IMG/VR virus record: IMGVR_UViG_3300017707_001293
Span: 1 to 29,645 of that record
DNA: 29,645 bases
Strand: one strand, 5' to 3'
DNA from: a virus
Lineage: Duplodnaviria; Caudoviricetes
The first letter of the stretch is position 1, and the number at the start of each line of letters is the position of its first letter. Position numbers and translations under genes: made by a program. Under the pieces are notes generated by a model. That model made no database searches and was not told where the DNA came from. It saw nothing but the letters and a program-made list of their open reading frames with translations. Positions 1 to 8,442 of the stretch are shown one piece after another.

Positions 1-308
1 AGGGGAGGTGTGGGTTGCAACCCGGGTTTGGGTGAAACCCGCAAAAATCGCCAATGTTTACGGCCTTATGTCCAGGTTCCCCTATTTTTTAGAGAGAGAG
101 AGTAGAGAAAGAGAGAGGAGGGGCACTAGCTACTATAGTAGTAGGGGGCTTGCGTGTCTGTGGCTGGAAAGGTGCGAAGGGTTTGGGAAACCCGTTCTCT
201 TGGACAGAGCCAATGTTTGCAGGGGTTTCGTGGGGGTGGGGTTGTCGGGCTGGGTTTGGGTATCTGAACGGTGTTGTGGGGTTGTCCCTAGCCTGCTAGC
301 GTAGGGAC

Positions 309-536
309 ATGACTGCGACCATTGTTCGAAAGATCAGGTTTGGGAGGAAGGATTACGAGATCGCCGAGCCTGAATTTAAGCGCCAGTTCGAAGCTGTGAC
401 GGGACGTTCGAACGTTCGGAGGGACGACATTGCCTTTTTGGAGTCGCTTGGGGTTGTGTGCAACGCACCCACGGGGGTGTTGTTTTCTGCTTACGACGGA
501 CCGCAACCAGCGCCAGCTAGACTTTTCTGGGGTTAG
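309..536 (+). CDS. Hypothetical protein (75 aa)
   Basis: ATG preceded by AGGGAC; same strand as all downstream genes; no recognisable motif. Confidence 0.55.
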   Translation: MTATIVRKIRFGRKDYEIAEPEFKRQFEAVTGRSNVRRDDIAFLESLGVVCNAPTGVLFSAYDGPQPAPARLFWG

Positions 537-553
537 CTGGTAAGCGTTGACCA

Positions 554-1123
554 ATGCCAGTTCTCCAAACTAGAGATTGGGGGCCAATAATCGAGGCCGC
601 GCTGAATCGCGGACCTAACGAGTCTGTTTCGGATGTCGCTAGGCGTTTCGGTGTAGGCCAGTCTTTACTGAATCGAAAGCTCCGAGCTAGCACGTCAAGC
701 ACACCTAGCACCGATTCTAGCCAGCCTAGCAACCCAAGCACGTCTAGAATACCTAGCACACCCCCTCCCCTCCCACCCCCAATCGTTCCCGAATACGTCC
801 CGCCGCCCCCCGCCACCGTTCGCGCAGTCGTCAAGCTCCTCGGATCGGTCTCCGCAACCAAATTCCACGAATCCCTAGAAGCGCAAATCGTTCAATTCCA
901 ACAGGATATAGCTTCAGACGTAGCCTTCGCACGCGAACGATTTAGAACTTTGGTTGATAGCGGGGATAGCCGCATGGCAGCTGTGGGTGTTGAATTGTGG
1001 GACCGCGCCATCAGGCATGGTCGTTTGAACCTAGGGTTGCCCAGCGAGGTGATCGCGCAAGACACTCGGAACCAAAGGGTTCTATCGATATCACAAGCGT
1101 CGAGTACGGGTAGGAGGCTTTGA
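554..1123 (+). CDS. terS: Probable terminase small subunit (N-terminal HTH)
   Basis: HTH-like ESVSDVARRFGVGQSLLNRKL, Ser/Pro linker and helical C-terminal half; directly upstream of terL. Confidence 0.65.
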   Translation: MPVLQTRDWGPIIEAALNRGPNESVSDVARRFGVGQSLLNRKLRASTSSTPSTDSSQPSNPSTSRIPSTPPPLPPPIVPEYVPPPPATVRAVVKLLGSVSATKFHESLEAQIVQFQQDIASDVAFARERFRTLVDSGDSRMAAVGVELWDRAIRHGRLNLGLPSEVIAQDTRNQRVLSISQASSTGRRL

Positions 1124-1286
1124 CTGTGTGCCATTTGCACTTTGTCAGTTATATTCAATGCGACGTTTTGGCCCTGCTCTACCACCTCGATTTCGGCCAG
1201 GATTTTCGACGCCTACCCCCCCCTACCTCGGAGCCCCTTTTGACCCCCACGCTGTGAACGCTTACCTACCCTAGAAAATTTTTGGT

Positions 1287-3098
1287 ATGTCGACCGAAAG
1301 TGTCAACACAAACCCCAAGCCGTCCTTCCACGACTACGGCATCCATCTAGACAACGTCGACAACGTCTGCCTAGACCACCCCCTCTACGTCGAGCTCTAC
1401 CTGATGGATCGCCCCGGAGCGAGGGCCTACTACAAGACAGGCACTGACGCGTCCTTCCACTTCTGGCGTTGCTGCGCCATGCTCTGGGGCAAGGACGCTC
1501 CGTCTCGCGTTAAGGTCCTCTGGAATCCCTGGGCCGATCGCTTCTCCAAAAAGCTTTTCGAGCACCAACTCCTCGGTGTCTCCGGATGCGCCTCCTCGGG
1601 TAAAACCAAGATCTGCGCGGCATACGCCATCCTCTTCTGGCTTGCCGACCCCATCAACACCAAGGTCCTGGTTACCTCCACCTCTTTGAAGGAGGCTCGC
1701 AAACGCATCTGGGGAGCCACACGCGAGCTCTTCTTGGGATCTGCCCTACGCCTGCCTGGGAAGCTCGTAGACTCCCAAGGGCAGATCCGCTGCGACGAGG
1801 GGGACTCTTCGGATATGTCCGGCATTGAACTGGTGGCTGGGGACCCATCTAAAGAAAAAGAGAACGTCCAGAAGCTGATTGGTATCAAAAACAAGCGGGT
1901 GGTTGTTCTTGCCGACGAGCTGCCTGAGCTCTCCCCATCCTTGCTCGAGGCTGTGCAGGGAAATCTGTCCTCCAACCCCTTCTGGCAGATGGTAGGCTTG
2001 GGGAACTTCAAGTCTATTGTAGACGCGTTCGGCGTGTTCACAGAACCGCTCAACGGCTGGAAGTCGGTGACGGTTGAGGACGAAGAGTGGCCCATGAAGA
2101 TCGGCGGGGAGTGTATACGCTTTGACGGCACTAAGTCCCCCAACGTGTTAGCAGGCGAAGTGCTATATGAAGGTATATACGGACCCAAGCAACTAGAGCA
2201 ACATACTAAACTAGGTATAAACTCCCCACAGTTCTGGCGTATGTGCCGCAGCTTCATGTGCCCCGAAGGCGAAGCCTCTGCTATATATACTGAAGCGGAC
2301 TTGATGGTGAACGGATGTATAAACTCCCCCAAGGTTATATGGGCTGATATACCAACCCCTGTTGCATTCCTGGATCCTGCATTCGTGACGGGCGGGGACG
2401 ACTGCGCCCTTGTGTTCGGACTTCTGGGTATTGAGAGCGGCACCAACCTGTGGGTGCTTGAATACACGGGGCAGGAGACTTTGATTGAAGATGTCACCTT
2501 GACCAACAAGCGCCCTGCGTCCTTCCAGAAGGTGGATACTGCGAAGAGGCTGTGCGAGGAACGAAGAGTGTCCCCGGAGAACTTCGGTGGTGACGCCACT
2601 GGTGCTGGCCTCGCTTTTGCCGAGATTATCGACAACGTATGGTCCCCGAGGACGTTGAAAGTATTCTTTGGTGGGGCTGCATCCGACAAGCCCATTTCTT
2701 TCTCCGACCCACGGCCGGGAACCGATGCCTACACCAATCGCGTCTCGGAGATCTGGTATCAGGGCCTTGAGTTCGTACGCTCCCGGCAGATCCGTGGGCT
2801 ACCCCACAACATCGTGCAGCAGCTGACCGAGCGACGGCACACCACGCAGAAGGGTGTTTCTGGGCTGCGGATACGGGTAGAACCCAAGTCTGACATGAAG
2901 CTGCGCCTCGGACGCAGTCCCGACCAAGCAGACGCCTTCTTGGGGCTTCTGGAGGTGTGCAGGACACGCCTGAAGTTCAGCCCCGGTGGATACCGCTCCG
3001 AGGTGTCCAAATCCCACACTCGGGAGTCCCAGTATTCAGAGATTGCCAAGAAAGCGGATGCGGTCTACTCTGAGGATTGCCTGCTTGAAAACGATTAG
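1287..3098 (+). CDS. terL: Terminase large subunit
   Basis: Walker A GCASSGKT, Walker B VVVLADE, coupling motif near GLGN; RNase H-like nuclease motifs FLDPAF..GGDDC and SPDQADAF. Confidence 0.93.
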   Translation: MSTESVNTNPKPSFHDYGIHLDNVDNVCLDHPLYVELYLMDRPGARAYYKTGTDASFHFWRCCAMLWGKDAPSRVKVLWNPWADRFSKKLFEHQLLGVSGCASSGKTKICAAYAILFWLADPINTKVLVTSTSLKEARKRIWGATRELFLGSALRLPGKLVDSQGQIRCDEGDSSDMSGIELVAGDPSKEKENVQKLIGIKNKRVVVLADELPELSPSLLEAVQGNLSSNPFWQMVGLGNFKSIVDAFGVFTEPLNGWKSVTVEDEEWPMKIGGECIRFDGTKSPNVLAGEVLYEGIYGPKQLEQHTKLGINSPQFWRMCRSFMCPEGEASAIYTEADLMVNGCINSPKVIWADIPTPVAFLDPAFVTGGDDCALVFGLLGIESGTNLWVLEYTGQETLIEDVTLTNKRPASFQKVDTAKRLCEERRVSPENFGGDATGAGLAFAEIIDNVWSPRTLKVFFGGAASDKPISFSDPRPGTDAYTNRVSEIWYQGLEFVRSRQIRGLPHNIVQQLTERRHTTQKGVSGLRIRVEPKSDMKLRLGRSPDQADAFLGLLEVCRTRLKFSPGGYRSEVSKSHTRESQYSEIAKKADAVYSEDCLLEND

Positions 3099-3540
3099 AG
3101 ACACATCGTGGGTGCCCTCGGGTGGCGGGTGGAAATACATCCACCGCGAAACGCAACACCCTATTGTGGCCTCGTCTCTGCCCAACCTCTTTGACGCCGT
3201 CCGAAAATACAACGAGGTCAATCATTTCCCCAACGGCCTGAACATCGAGCAGGAGATCATCGACCAGATCTGCGCGAGGGTTCCCGAGAACTGTAACGAC
3301 ACGGAGCCCCCTACCTTGCTTGAGCTCGCCTCCCGGTTCACCCGCGAGATGCTGTCGTGGTCTAGGGAAGGCTTCTCCGTGGTGGACGATGCTACATTTG
3401 CGACTCGCCAATCAACTTGCAACGCCTGCCCTAAATGGAGGGGTGAAGCGGCTTTCGGTGTCGGTCGGTGCGGAAGCTGTGGTTGCTTAGGACTCAAACT
3501 TTACGTGAAAACTTCGAGGTGCCCAGATGGAAAGTGGTAA
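3085..3540 (+). CDS. Small protein with Cys-rich C-terminus (DUF6171-like)
   Basis: Likely TTG start at 3085 (GAGG upstream, overlaps terL end); C-terminal R-x3-CNACP...CGSCGC...K...CPDGKW. Confidence 0.7.
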   Translation: MKTIRDTSWVPSGGGWKYIHRETQHPIVASSLPNLFDAVRKYNEVNHFPNGLNIEQEIIDQICARVPENCNDTEPPTLLELASRFTREMLSWSREGFSVVDDATFATRQSTCNACPKWRGEAAFGVGRCGSCGCLGLKLYVKTSRCPDGKW

Positions 3541-5833
3541 CATTCTCAACCCTGCGGCACTTGCGTCGTTGGACCCCAAGACGGGGGCCGCACCCAAGCG
3601 ACGAGTCACTGAAGCCACCCAAGTGCGCGAGATGTTCGTGCGTGCGCGGAGGGACAACGACAAGCGATCCAAACGCAACGCCCTTGTAGGAGGCTTGGTA
3701 GACGGCAACCCACCGTATTCTGAAGCCACTCTCACCAGCGCGGGGCAGAACTACCGCAGCAACTTCAACAACGGCGAGGCGGAGAGCTTTCTGAATATCT
3801 CCACGGGGGCCTTCTACGATCTCTTCAGCGAGACTGAACAATACGCGGTCGTCAACTTCCCCCAAGAGATTGCCAGCGATCCCATGTCCAAGGACTGGTC
3901 CGACCGGATCCAGGAAGAGTTTGACCAGCTCTTGAGAACCTTTGAAGACGAGTTCGACTTTAACATCCAACTCTCCCAAAGCAACATGGTCCTCTACGGC
4001 TGGGGTCCTATGGTCTGGGATGACGCCTACGACTACCGTCCCAAGGCCGTCTCTTTCCGCAACGTCTACTTGCCCCGAAGAGCCCCCGCCCAGGTCAAGG
4101 AATGGCCTTGGCTGATGATCTACTGCGACATGGGTATTGATGACCTCTACAAGCGCATCTCTGACCCCGAGACGGCAACGGCCGCAGGGTGGGACATCGA
4201 GGCTTGCAAGAAGGCCATCATTGCTTCTGGTAGCACGGCGATGTCGCAGGTCTATCCCAACAGCGATTGGTCTCGTTGGGAGGTGTGGCAGGAGCAGCTG
4301 CGTAACAACGAGCTTGCGATCTCTGACGCCTCCCCGCCCGTGTCTTGCATTCGGCTCTTCTACAAAGAGTTCTCTGTGGACGGCAAGCCCCCGAAGATCT
4401 CCGAGGTGTGGGCTCCGTTCTTCCCCAACCCCGCAGCTGCCCAAGACGTCGGCTTCCTCTTCAAGTCCTTCGATCTCTACGACAGCATGGAGCAGGTTTG
4501 CACGGCCTTCTTCTACGATCGCGGGACGGGCCAAGCGCACTCTGTCCGTGGTCTCGGGGTCAAGATGTACAAGCTCCTGTTCACCAAGATGCGTCTGCAG
4601 AACGCCACCGTGGACAGCGCTTTTGCGCGATCCTCCATCATGCTCCAGCAGGAGAGCAACGACGCCACCCTGTCCCCGATTCATCTGGGGCCCTACACGG
4701 TGTTGCCTTCGGGCGTCACCTACGTGGCTAACACGGCGGTGCCGGGGATCATCGATGCGCCTCTTGCTGTGGCCCGGGATCTCGACAACACCCTTGCTGC
4801 GAACACATCCCAGTATCGACAACGCCTCGATCAAGCATCCACAGGCAACCCAAGGACTGCGTATGAAATCGCCCAAAACGTCCACCAAGCCTCTCTCCTC
4901 AACAAAACTCAAATCTCCCGCTACTACAACCAGCTCGACAGCTGGTATCGGGAAATCTACCGTCGAGCTACAAACGATGGCATCCCTAAAGGATCTGGCA
5001 ACGAAGGCTACGAAGCGGCCCTCAAATTCCAGCAAACCTTGCGGAAAGCAGGCGTGCCGAAAGAAGCTATTGCAAAAGCCCGAGTCCGAGCGTTTAGAGT
5101 TGTGGGCCAAGGAAGTGCTCTTGTTCGCACACAGCAGCTGGAAAGTGTTTATGCCGGACTGTCCTCCGAGCTCCCTGAAGATGGGCGTGATCGCCTCAAA
5201 AGGGACATCATCGCAGCTAAACTAGGATTCTCTGGTGTCGATCGCTACATGCCTGATCGCAACGGCCGCACCTTGGAGATGGATCAACGCTGGGAAGCGC
5301 AGATTGAAAACGGCGTGCTGCGGCAGGGTGGGGCGATCAGCCTTGCCCCCGGCCAGAATGACACGATCCATTTGGACGAGCACCTTGTGTTTGCCTCCCA
5401 AGCCGCACAGAGCCTGCAACAGGGCGCGGATCTCGAGGAGGTCTACAAGACCATTGAAGCCGTGGGCTCCCACATGGTGCTGCATTTGCAACGGCTTTCC
5501 CGCAGCCCCGCTAGGGCTCGCGAGGTGCAGATGTTTACGGAGCGTGTGCAGCAACTCGGAAAGCTCGCGGATCAGCTGGCGAAGCAACTCCAGGAACAAG
5601 CCCCGCAAGAGGCCCCCCAACAGCAGCAGAATCCAGAGCTCACCCTGAAGCTGCAGGAGGCTCAGGTGGATATGCAGATCAAGCAGGCCCAAGCCGCGCA
5701 GGACATGCAGATCAAGCAGGCTATGGCTGCGCAGGATCTCCAGATCAACGATGCTAAGAGCGCCCTGGAAGTCAAGAAAGCCATGGCCCAGGCGATGACG
5801 GCCGTCAAAAAATCCACGCTCCCAGCAGGCTAA
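3527..5833 (+). CDS. Portal protein with long C-terminal helical barrel
   Basis: 768 aa, positioned after terL; Gln/Ala-rich coiled-coil C-terminus like P22-type portals; G+W motif MVLYGWGPM. Confidence 0.8.
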   Translation: MESGNILNPAALASLDPKTGAAPKRRVTEATQVREMFVRARRDNDKRSKRNALVGGLVDGNPPYSEATLTSAGQNYRSNFNNGEAESFLNISTGAFYDLFSETEQYAVVNFPQEIASDPMSKDWSDRIQEEFDQLLRTFEDEFDFNIQLSQSNMVLYGWGPMVWDDAYDYRPKAVSFRNVYLPRRAPAQVKEWPWLMIYCDMGIDDLYKRISDPETATAAGWDIEACKKAIIASGSTAMSQVYPNSDWSRWEVWQEQLRNNELAISDASPPVSCIRLFYKEFSVDGKPPKISEVWAPFFPNPAAAQDVGFLFKSFDLYDSMEQVCTAFFYDRGTGQAHSVRGLGVKMYKLLFTKMRLQNATVDSAFARSSIMLQQESNDATLSPIHLGPYTVLPSGVTYVANTAVPGIIDAPLAVARDLDNTLAANTSQYRQRLDQASTGNPRTAYEIAQNVHQASLLNKTQISRYYNQLDSWYREIYRRATNDGIPKGSGNEGYEAALKFQQTLRKAGVPKEAIAKARVRAFRVVGQGSALVRTQQLESVYAGLSSELPEDGRDRLKRDIIAAKLGFSGVDRYMPDRNGRTLEMDQRWEAQIENGVLRQGGAISLAPGQNDTIHLDEHLVFASQAAQSLQQGADLEEVYKTIEAVGSHMVLHLQRLSRSPARAREVQMFTERVQQLGKLADQLAKQLQEQAPQEAPQQQQNPELTLKLQEAQVDMQIKQAQAAQDMQIKQAMAAQDLQINDAKSALEVKKAMAQAMTAVKKSTLPAG
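5668..5749 (+). repeat. 33-bp imperfect tandem repeat (about 2.5 copies) in portal C-terminus
   Basis: GGA(T/C)ATGCAGATCAAGCAGGC at 5668 and 5701, partial copy at 5734; encodes DMQIKQAQAAQ/DMQIKQAMAAQ/DLQIN. Confidence 0.9.
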
Positions 5834-5837
5834 ATGG

Positions 5838-5867
5838 TTTGACACTCGGGAAGGTTTAGTCAAAGGT
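5838..5867 (+). promoter_or_regulatory. Putative sigma70-type promoter with overlapping inverted repeat, upstream of glycosyltransferase
   Basis: TTGACA 5839-5844, 17-bp spacer, weak -10 AAAGGT 5862-5867; TTTGAC (5838-5843) and GTCAAA (5859-5864) are inverted. Confidence 0.45.
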
Positions 5868-5880
5868 ATCTCCAATCTCG

Positions 5881-6819
5881 ATGTCAACGCTCACGATCGC
5901 TTACGTAACGAGCCGTCTTAATCCACGAATCGAATGGTTCTTTGATTCGCTGGCGCTCCGGTTGCAGGAGACTCCGCACCTGCCGACGATCCGAGTCGTG
6001 GTTGTCGACTACCACCACGCCAAGAGGTCCAAGGACCAGTTCCTGAAGCTGGTTCCAAAAGCGGTCGATGAATTTTTCCACGTGCCCCCCAAACCTTGTG
6101 TTTGGCAGGGTCCGCACAGGCTGACTAACGAGGACTACTTTGCTGCGGCCAACACCCGCAACACAGCCCTCTGTTTGGCTCCGGACGGCTACATAGCCTA
6201 CGTGGATGATCTGTCCATCCTGATGCCTGGGTGGCTCACCCGGGTCAACCTAGCGATCCTTGGAGACTACGTCGCCCTTGGGGCTTATAAGAAGCTCAAG
6301 GCGATGGTGGTCGAGAAGGGCAAGCTAGTGAGCGCAGAGGACCATCCTCCAGGTGTCGATTCCCGCTGGCGATACGGCAACGTGTCTATGGCCGTTCCTG
6401 CAAATGGCTCCTGGATGTATGGCTGTTCAGTGGCCCTTCCCGTGTCCGCGCTGCTTGAGTGCAACGGATGGATGGAGCTCGGAGACACGACGGGCATGGG
6501 TGGGGAAGACTACCTCACAGGGATGCTGATTGAGCGAAACGGGTATCATTTCAAATACGATCTATCGATGCTCACGCTGGAGTCTGAGGAAGCGCATCAC
6601 GAAGAGCCACCGCTCAAACGAATCATCGAACGCGGATACCACCCTGACGATTCCTCGGTGGCCTTGCTAAACATCGTGAAGAACTCGGACATCAAAATGC
6701 ACCCGGGCTACGTGAACATGCGAGAGATGCGTGCGGAGGTGCTTTCAGGTAAACCCTTCCCCATCGTTCAGATCCCCGAGCACAACTGGTATTCCGGTAA
6801 ACGCCTGAGCGAGTATTGA
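5881..6819 (+). CDS. GT-A fold (GT2-like) glycosyltransferase
   Basis: LTIAYVT start strand, VVVVD, AANTRNTAL, YIAYVDDL (DxD equivalent), NGW...MGGED catalytic motif. Confidence 0.85.
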   Translation: MSTLTIAYVTSRLNPRIEWFFDSLALRLQETPHLPTIRVVVVDYHHAKRSKDQFLKLVPKAVDEFFHVPPKPCVWQGPHRLTNEDYFAAANTRNTALCLAPDGYIAYVDDLSILMPGWLTRVNLAILGDYVALGAYKKLKAMVVEKGKLVSAEDHPPGVDSRWRYGNVSMAVPANGSWMYGCSVALPVSALLECNGWMELGDTTGMGGEDYLTGMLIERNGYHFKYDLSMLTLESEEAHHEEPPLKRIIERGYHPDDSSVALLNIVKNSDIKMHPGYVNMREMRAEVLSGKPFPIVQIPEHNWYSGKRLSEY

Positions 6820-6820
6820 T

Positions 6821-7453
6821 ATGGACGACCTACTGCAACACCTTCGGATCCTGGATTCTGTCGACGGCAACGGCCGTAAGATGGAGGGATGGTGCTCCTA
6901 CGAGAAAGCCCTTGCTATGGCCGAGCTCGTCATCGCCACCAAGCCCAAAATCTGCGTCGAGTTAGGTGTGTTCGGGGGACGATCCCTCGTAGCCTTGGGC
7001 ATAGGGATGCAACGAGCTCAGTCCGGAGTGGTGTATGGCGTAGACCCGTGGACGAAAGAAGCTGTCACTGACGGGCACATGTCCGATGCCGACCGCAAGT
7101 GGTGGTCTGAATTGGATCTTGCCGGGATCTACGCGTCGTGCGTGGAAGCCATCCATCTGTCGAAGACTTCCCGATATGTTCGCCTGCTGTGCTGCACCTC
7201 AGACAAAGCCGCGTTCAATTTTGGGTCCGAGGAGATCGACATGCTGCACATCGACAGCAACCACTCCGAGAAGGTCTCTTGCGGAGAAGTTGCAATGTGG
7301 TTGCCAAAAGTCCGCCCTGGTGGATTTGTGTGGTTTGACGACATCGACTGGCCGACGACGCAGCGAGCCCTTGCGATGATGGACAAGCAGTGTGAACGCG
7401 TGAAGGATCTGGTCACCAAGGACGGTGCTTGTAGGCTCTACGTGAAGTCATGA
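6821..7453 (+). CDS. Class I SAM-dependent methyltransferase (Methyltransf_24-like)
   Basis: VELGVFGGRS motif I, YGVDPW, IDMLHIDSNHS, KVRPGGFVWFDD. Confidence 0.88.
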   Translation: MDDLLQHLRILDSVDGNGRKMEGWCSYEKALAMAELVIATKPKICVELGVFGGRSLVALGIGMQRAQSGVVYGVDPWTKEAVTDGHMSDADRKWWSELDLAGIYASCVEAIHLSKTSRYVRLLCCTSDKAAFNFGSEEIDMLHIDSNHSEKVSCGEVAMWLPKVRPGGFVWFDDIDWPTTQRALAMMDKQCERVKDLVTKDGACRLYVKS

Positions 7454-8442
7454 AGGACAGCCCCTACACGCACCTTGAAATCACGGACAGGCCCAATGCG
7501 CTGCCCATAGACGAGCAGACTAAGTGGCCTGCGGGGATCTTTCCTATCCCGACGTCTAACGACGTCCGCTACTTCAACTGCTCTTTGGCGCGGCGTTCGG
7601 ATGGTCTGTGGTTGTTTGCTCGTAGGGCCAGGAACGTCAAAGGCGACTGGATGGGGATGAACGACGTCGTGGCTCTCAAGCTGCGAGAGCTGACCAACAC
7701 GGTCCAAGGCATGGTCGAAGTGCTGTTCCCCAAGGTCTACAAGGGTGAGCATTTCGAGGATCCCCGGGTGATGTGGATGAACGGTGCTCTGTGGATCTCC
7801 TGCACGACGTTCATTCCTCGCATGTTCCACGGGGCGCACCAGAGGCTGTGCAGACTCGACGAGAGGTTTGGTGCCAGCCGTCCAATTTCTCCTGTGTTCG
7901 GTGGGAACGGAGCGTCCCCATTGATGCAGGCCCAAAACCATGAAAAAAACTGGCTGTGGTTTGAGCACGACGGTAAGCCTCACATGGTTTATCGACACAC
8001 ACCCCATCAGGTGGTCGAATGGCCGGACTATTTCGAGTTCCGAAACCCAGTGGTTCACGACTCACGATTTGCAAACCCCCGATGGTGCCACGGAGAGCCC
8101 CGAGGAGGCACACCCCCGGTTCGCGTCGGGGACGAGTATTGGTCTTTTTTCCACTCCTCCCTCCCGTGGCGTCCCCCTAAACGTCAGTATTTCATGGGCG
8201 CATACGCCTTTGAAGCCAAGCCCCCGTTTCGCATCACACGAATGTCTTTGCGACCCCTTCTGGCGGGGTCAGTAGCCGATCCTTGGGCTGAAGGGCTTCC
8301 TTTGGTAGTGTTCCCCTGCGGAGCGTTGCTTGAGGACGGCCGATGGATTGTGACGATGGGGATCAACGATTACCGCTGTGGGTGGATCGAGATCCCGCAC
8401 AACGAACTTGAGCAGCTTACCGATTATGTGGAGCCTTTTTAA
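7450..8442 (+). CDS. Five-bladed beta-propeller glycosidase/phosphorylase/mannosyltransferase-like protein (GH130-like)
   Basis: YFNCSL, EDPRV, EKNWLWF, RGGTPP, FFHS, VVFPCG and GIND motifs; ATGA overlap with methyltransferase. Confidence 0.75.
   Translation: MKDSPYTHLEITDRPNALPIDEQTKWPAGIFPIPTSNDVRYFNCSLARRSDGLWLFARRARNVKGDWMGMNDVVALKLRELTNTVQGMVEVLFPKVYKGEHFEDPRVMWMNGALWISCTTFIPRMFHGAHQRLCRLDERFGASRPISPVFGGNGASPLMQAQNHEKNWLWFEHDGKPHMVYRHTPHQVVEWPDYFEFRNPVVHDSRFANPRWCHGEPRGGTPPVRVGDEYWSFFHSSLPWRPPKRQYFMGAYAFEAKPPFRITRMSLRPLLAGSVADPWAEGLPLVVFPCGALLEDGRWIVTMGINDYRCGWIEIPHNELEQLTDYVEPF

Noticed and set aside
8-304. 98-aa + strand ORF
   Set aside because: Low-complexity translation of a repeat- and palindrome-rich tract; no coding-like codon usage.
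1430-2695. 421-aa antisense ORF over terL
   Set aside because: Shadow of a GC-biased sense gene; no motifs.
2986-3084. Longer N-terminus given by the ORF track for the Cys-rich gene
   Set aside because: Long overlap with terL; TTG 3085 fits better. Starts at 8378, 11833, 14628, 14825, 23320 and 26270 were likewise trimmed to downstream ATGs.
3494-5110. 538-aa antisense ORF over portal
   Set aside because: Shadow ORF from sense-strand codon bias; V/L/G/R-rich with no domain signal.
4137-5225. 362-aa alternate-frame ORF in portal
   Set aside because: Ser/Arg/Thr/Pro-rich pattern typical of off-frame reading of GC3-rich codons.
5881-8442. DNA hypermodification or restriction-modification reading of the GT/MTase block
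   Set aside because: MTase lacks DPPY/NPPY or PC motifs and no base-hydroxylating or nucleotide genes are adjacent; not fully excluded without experiment.
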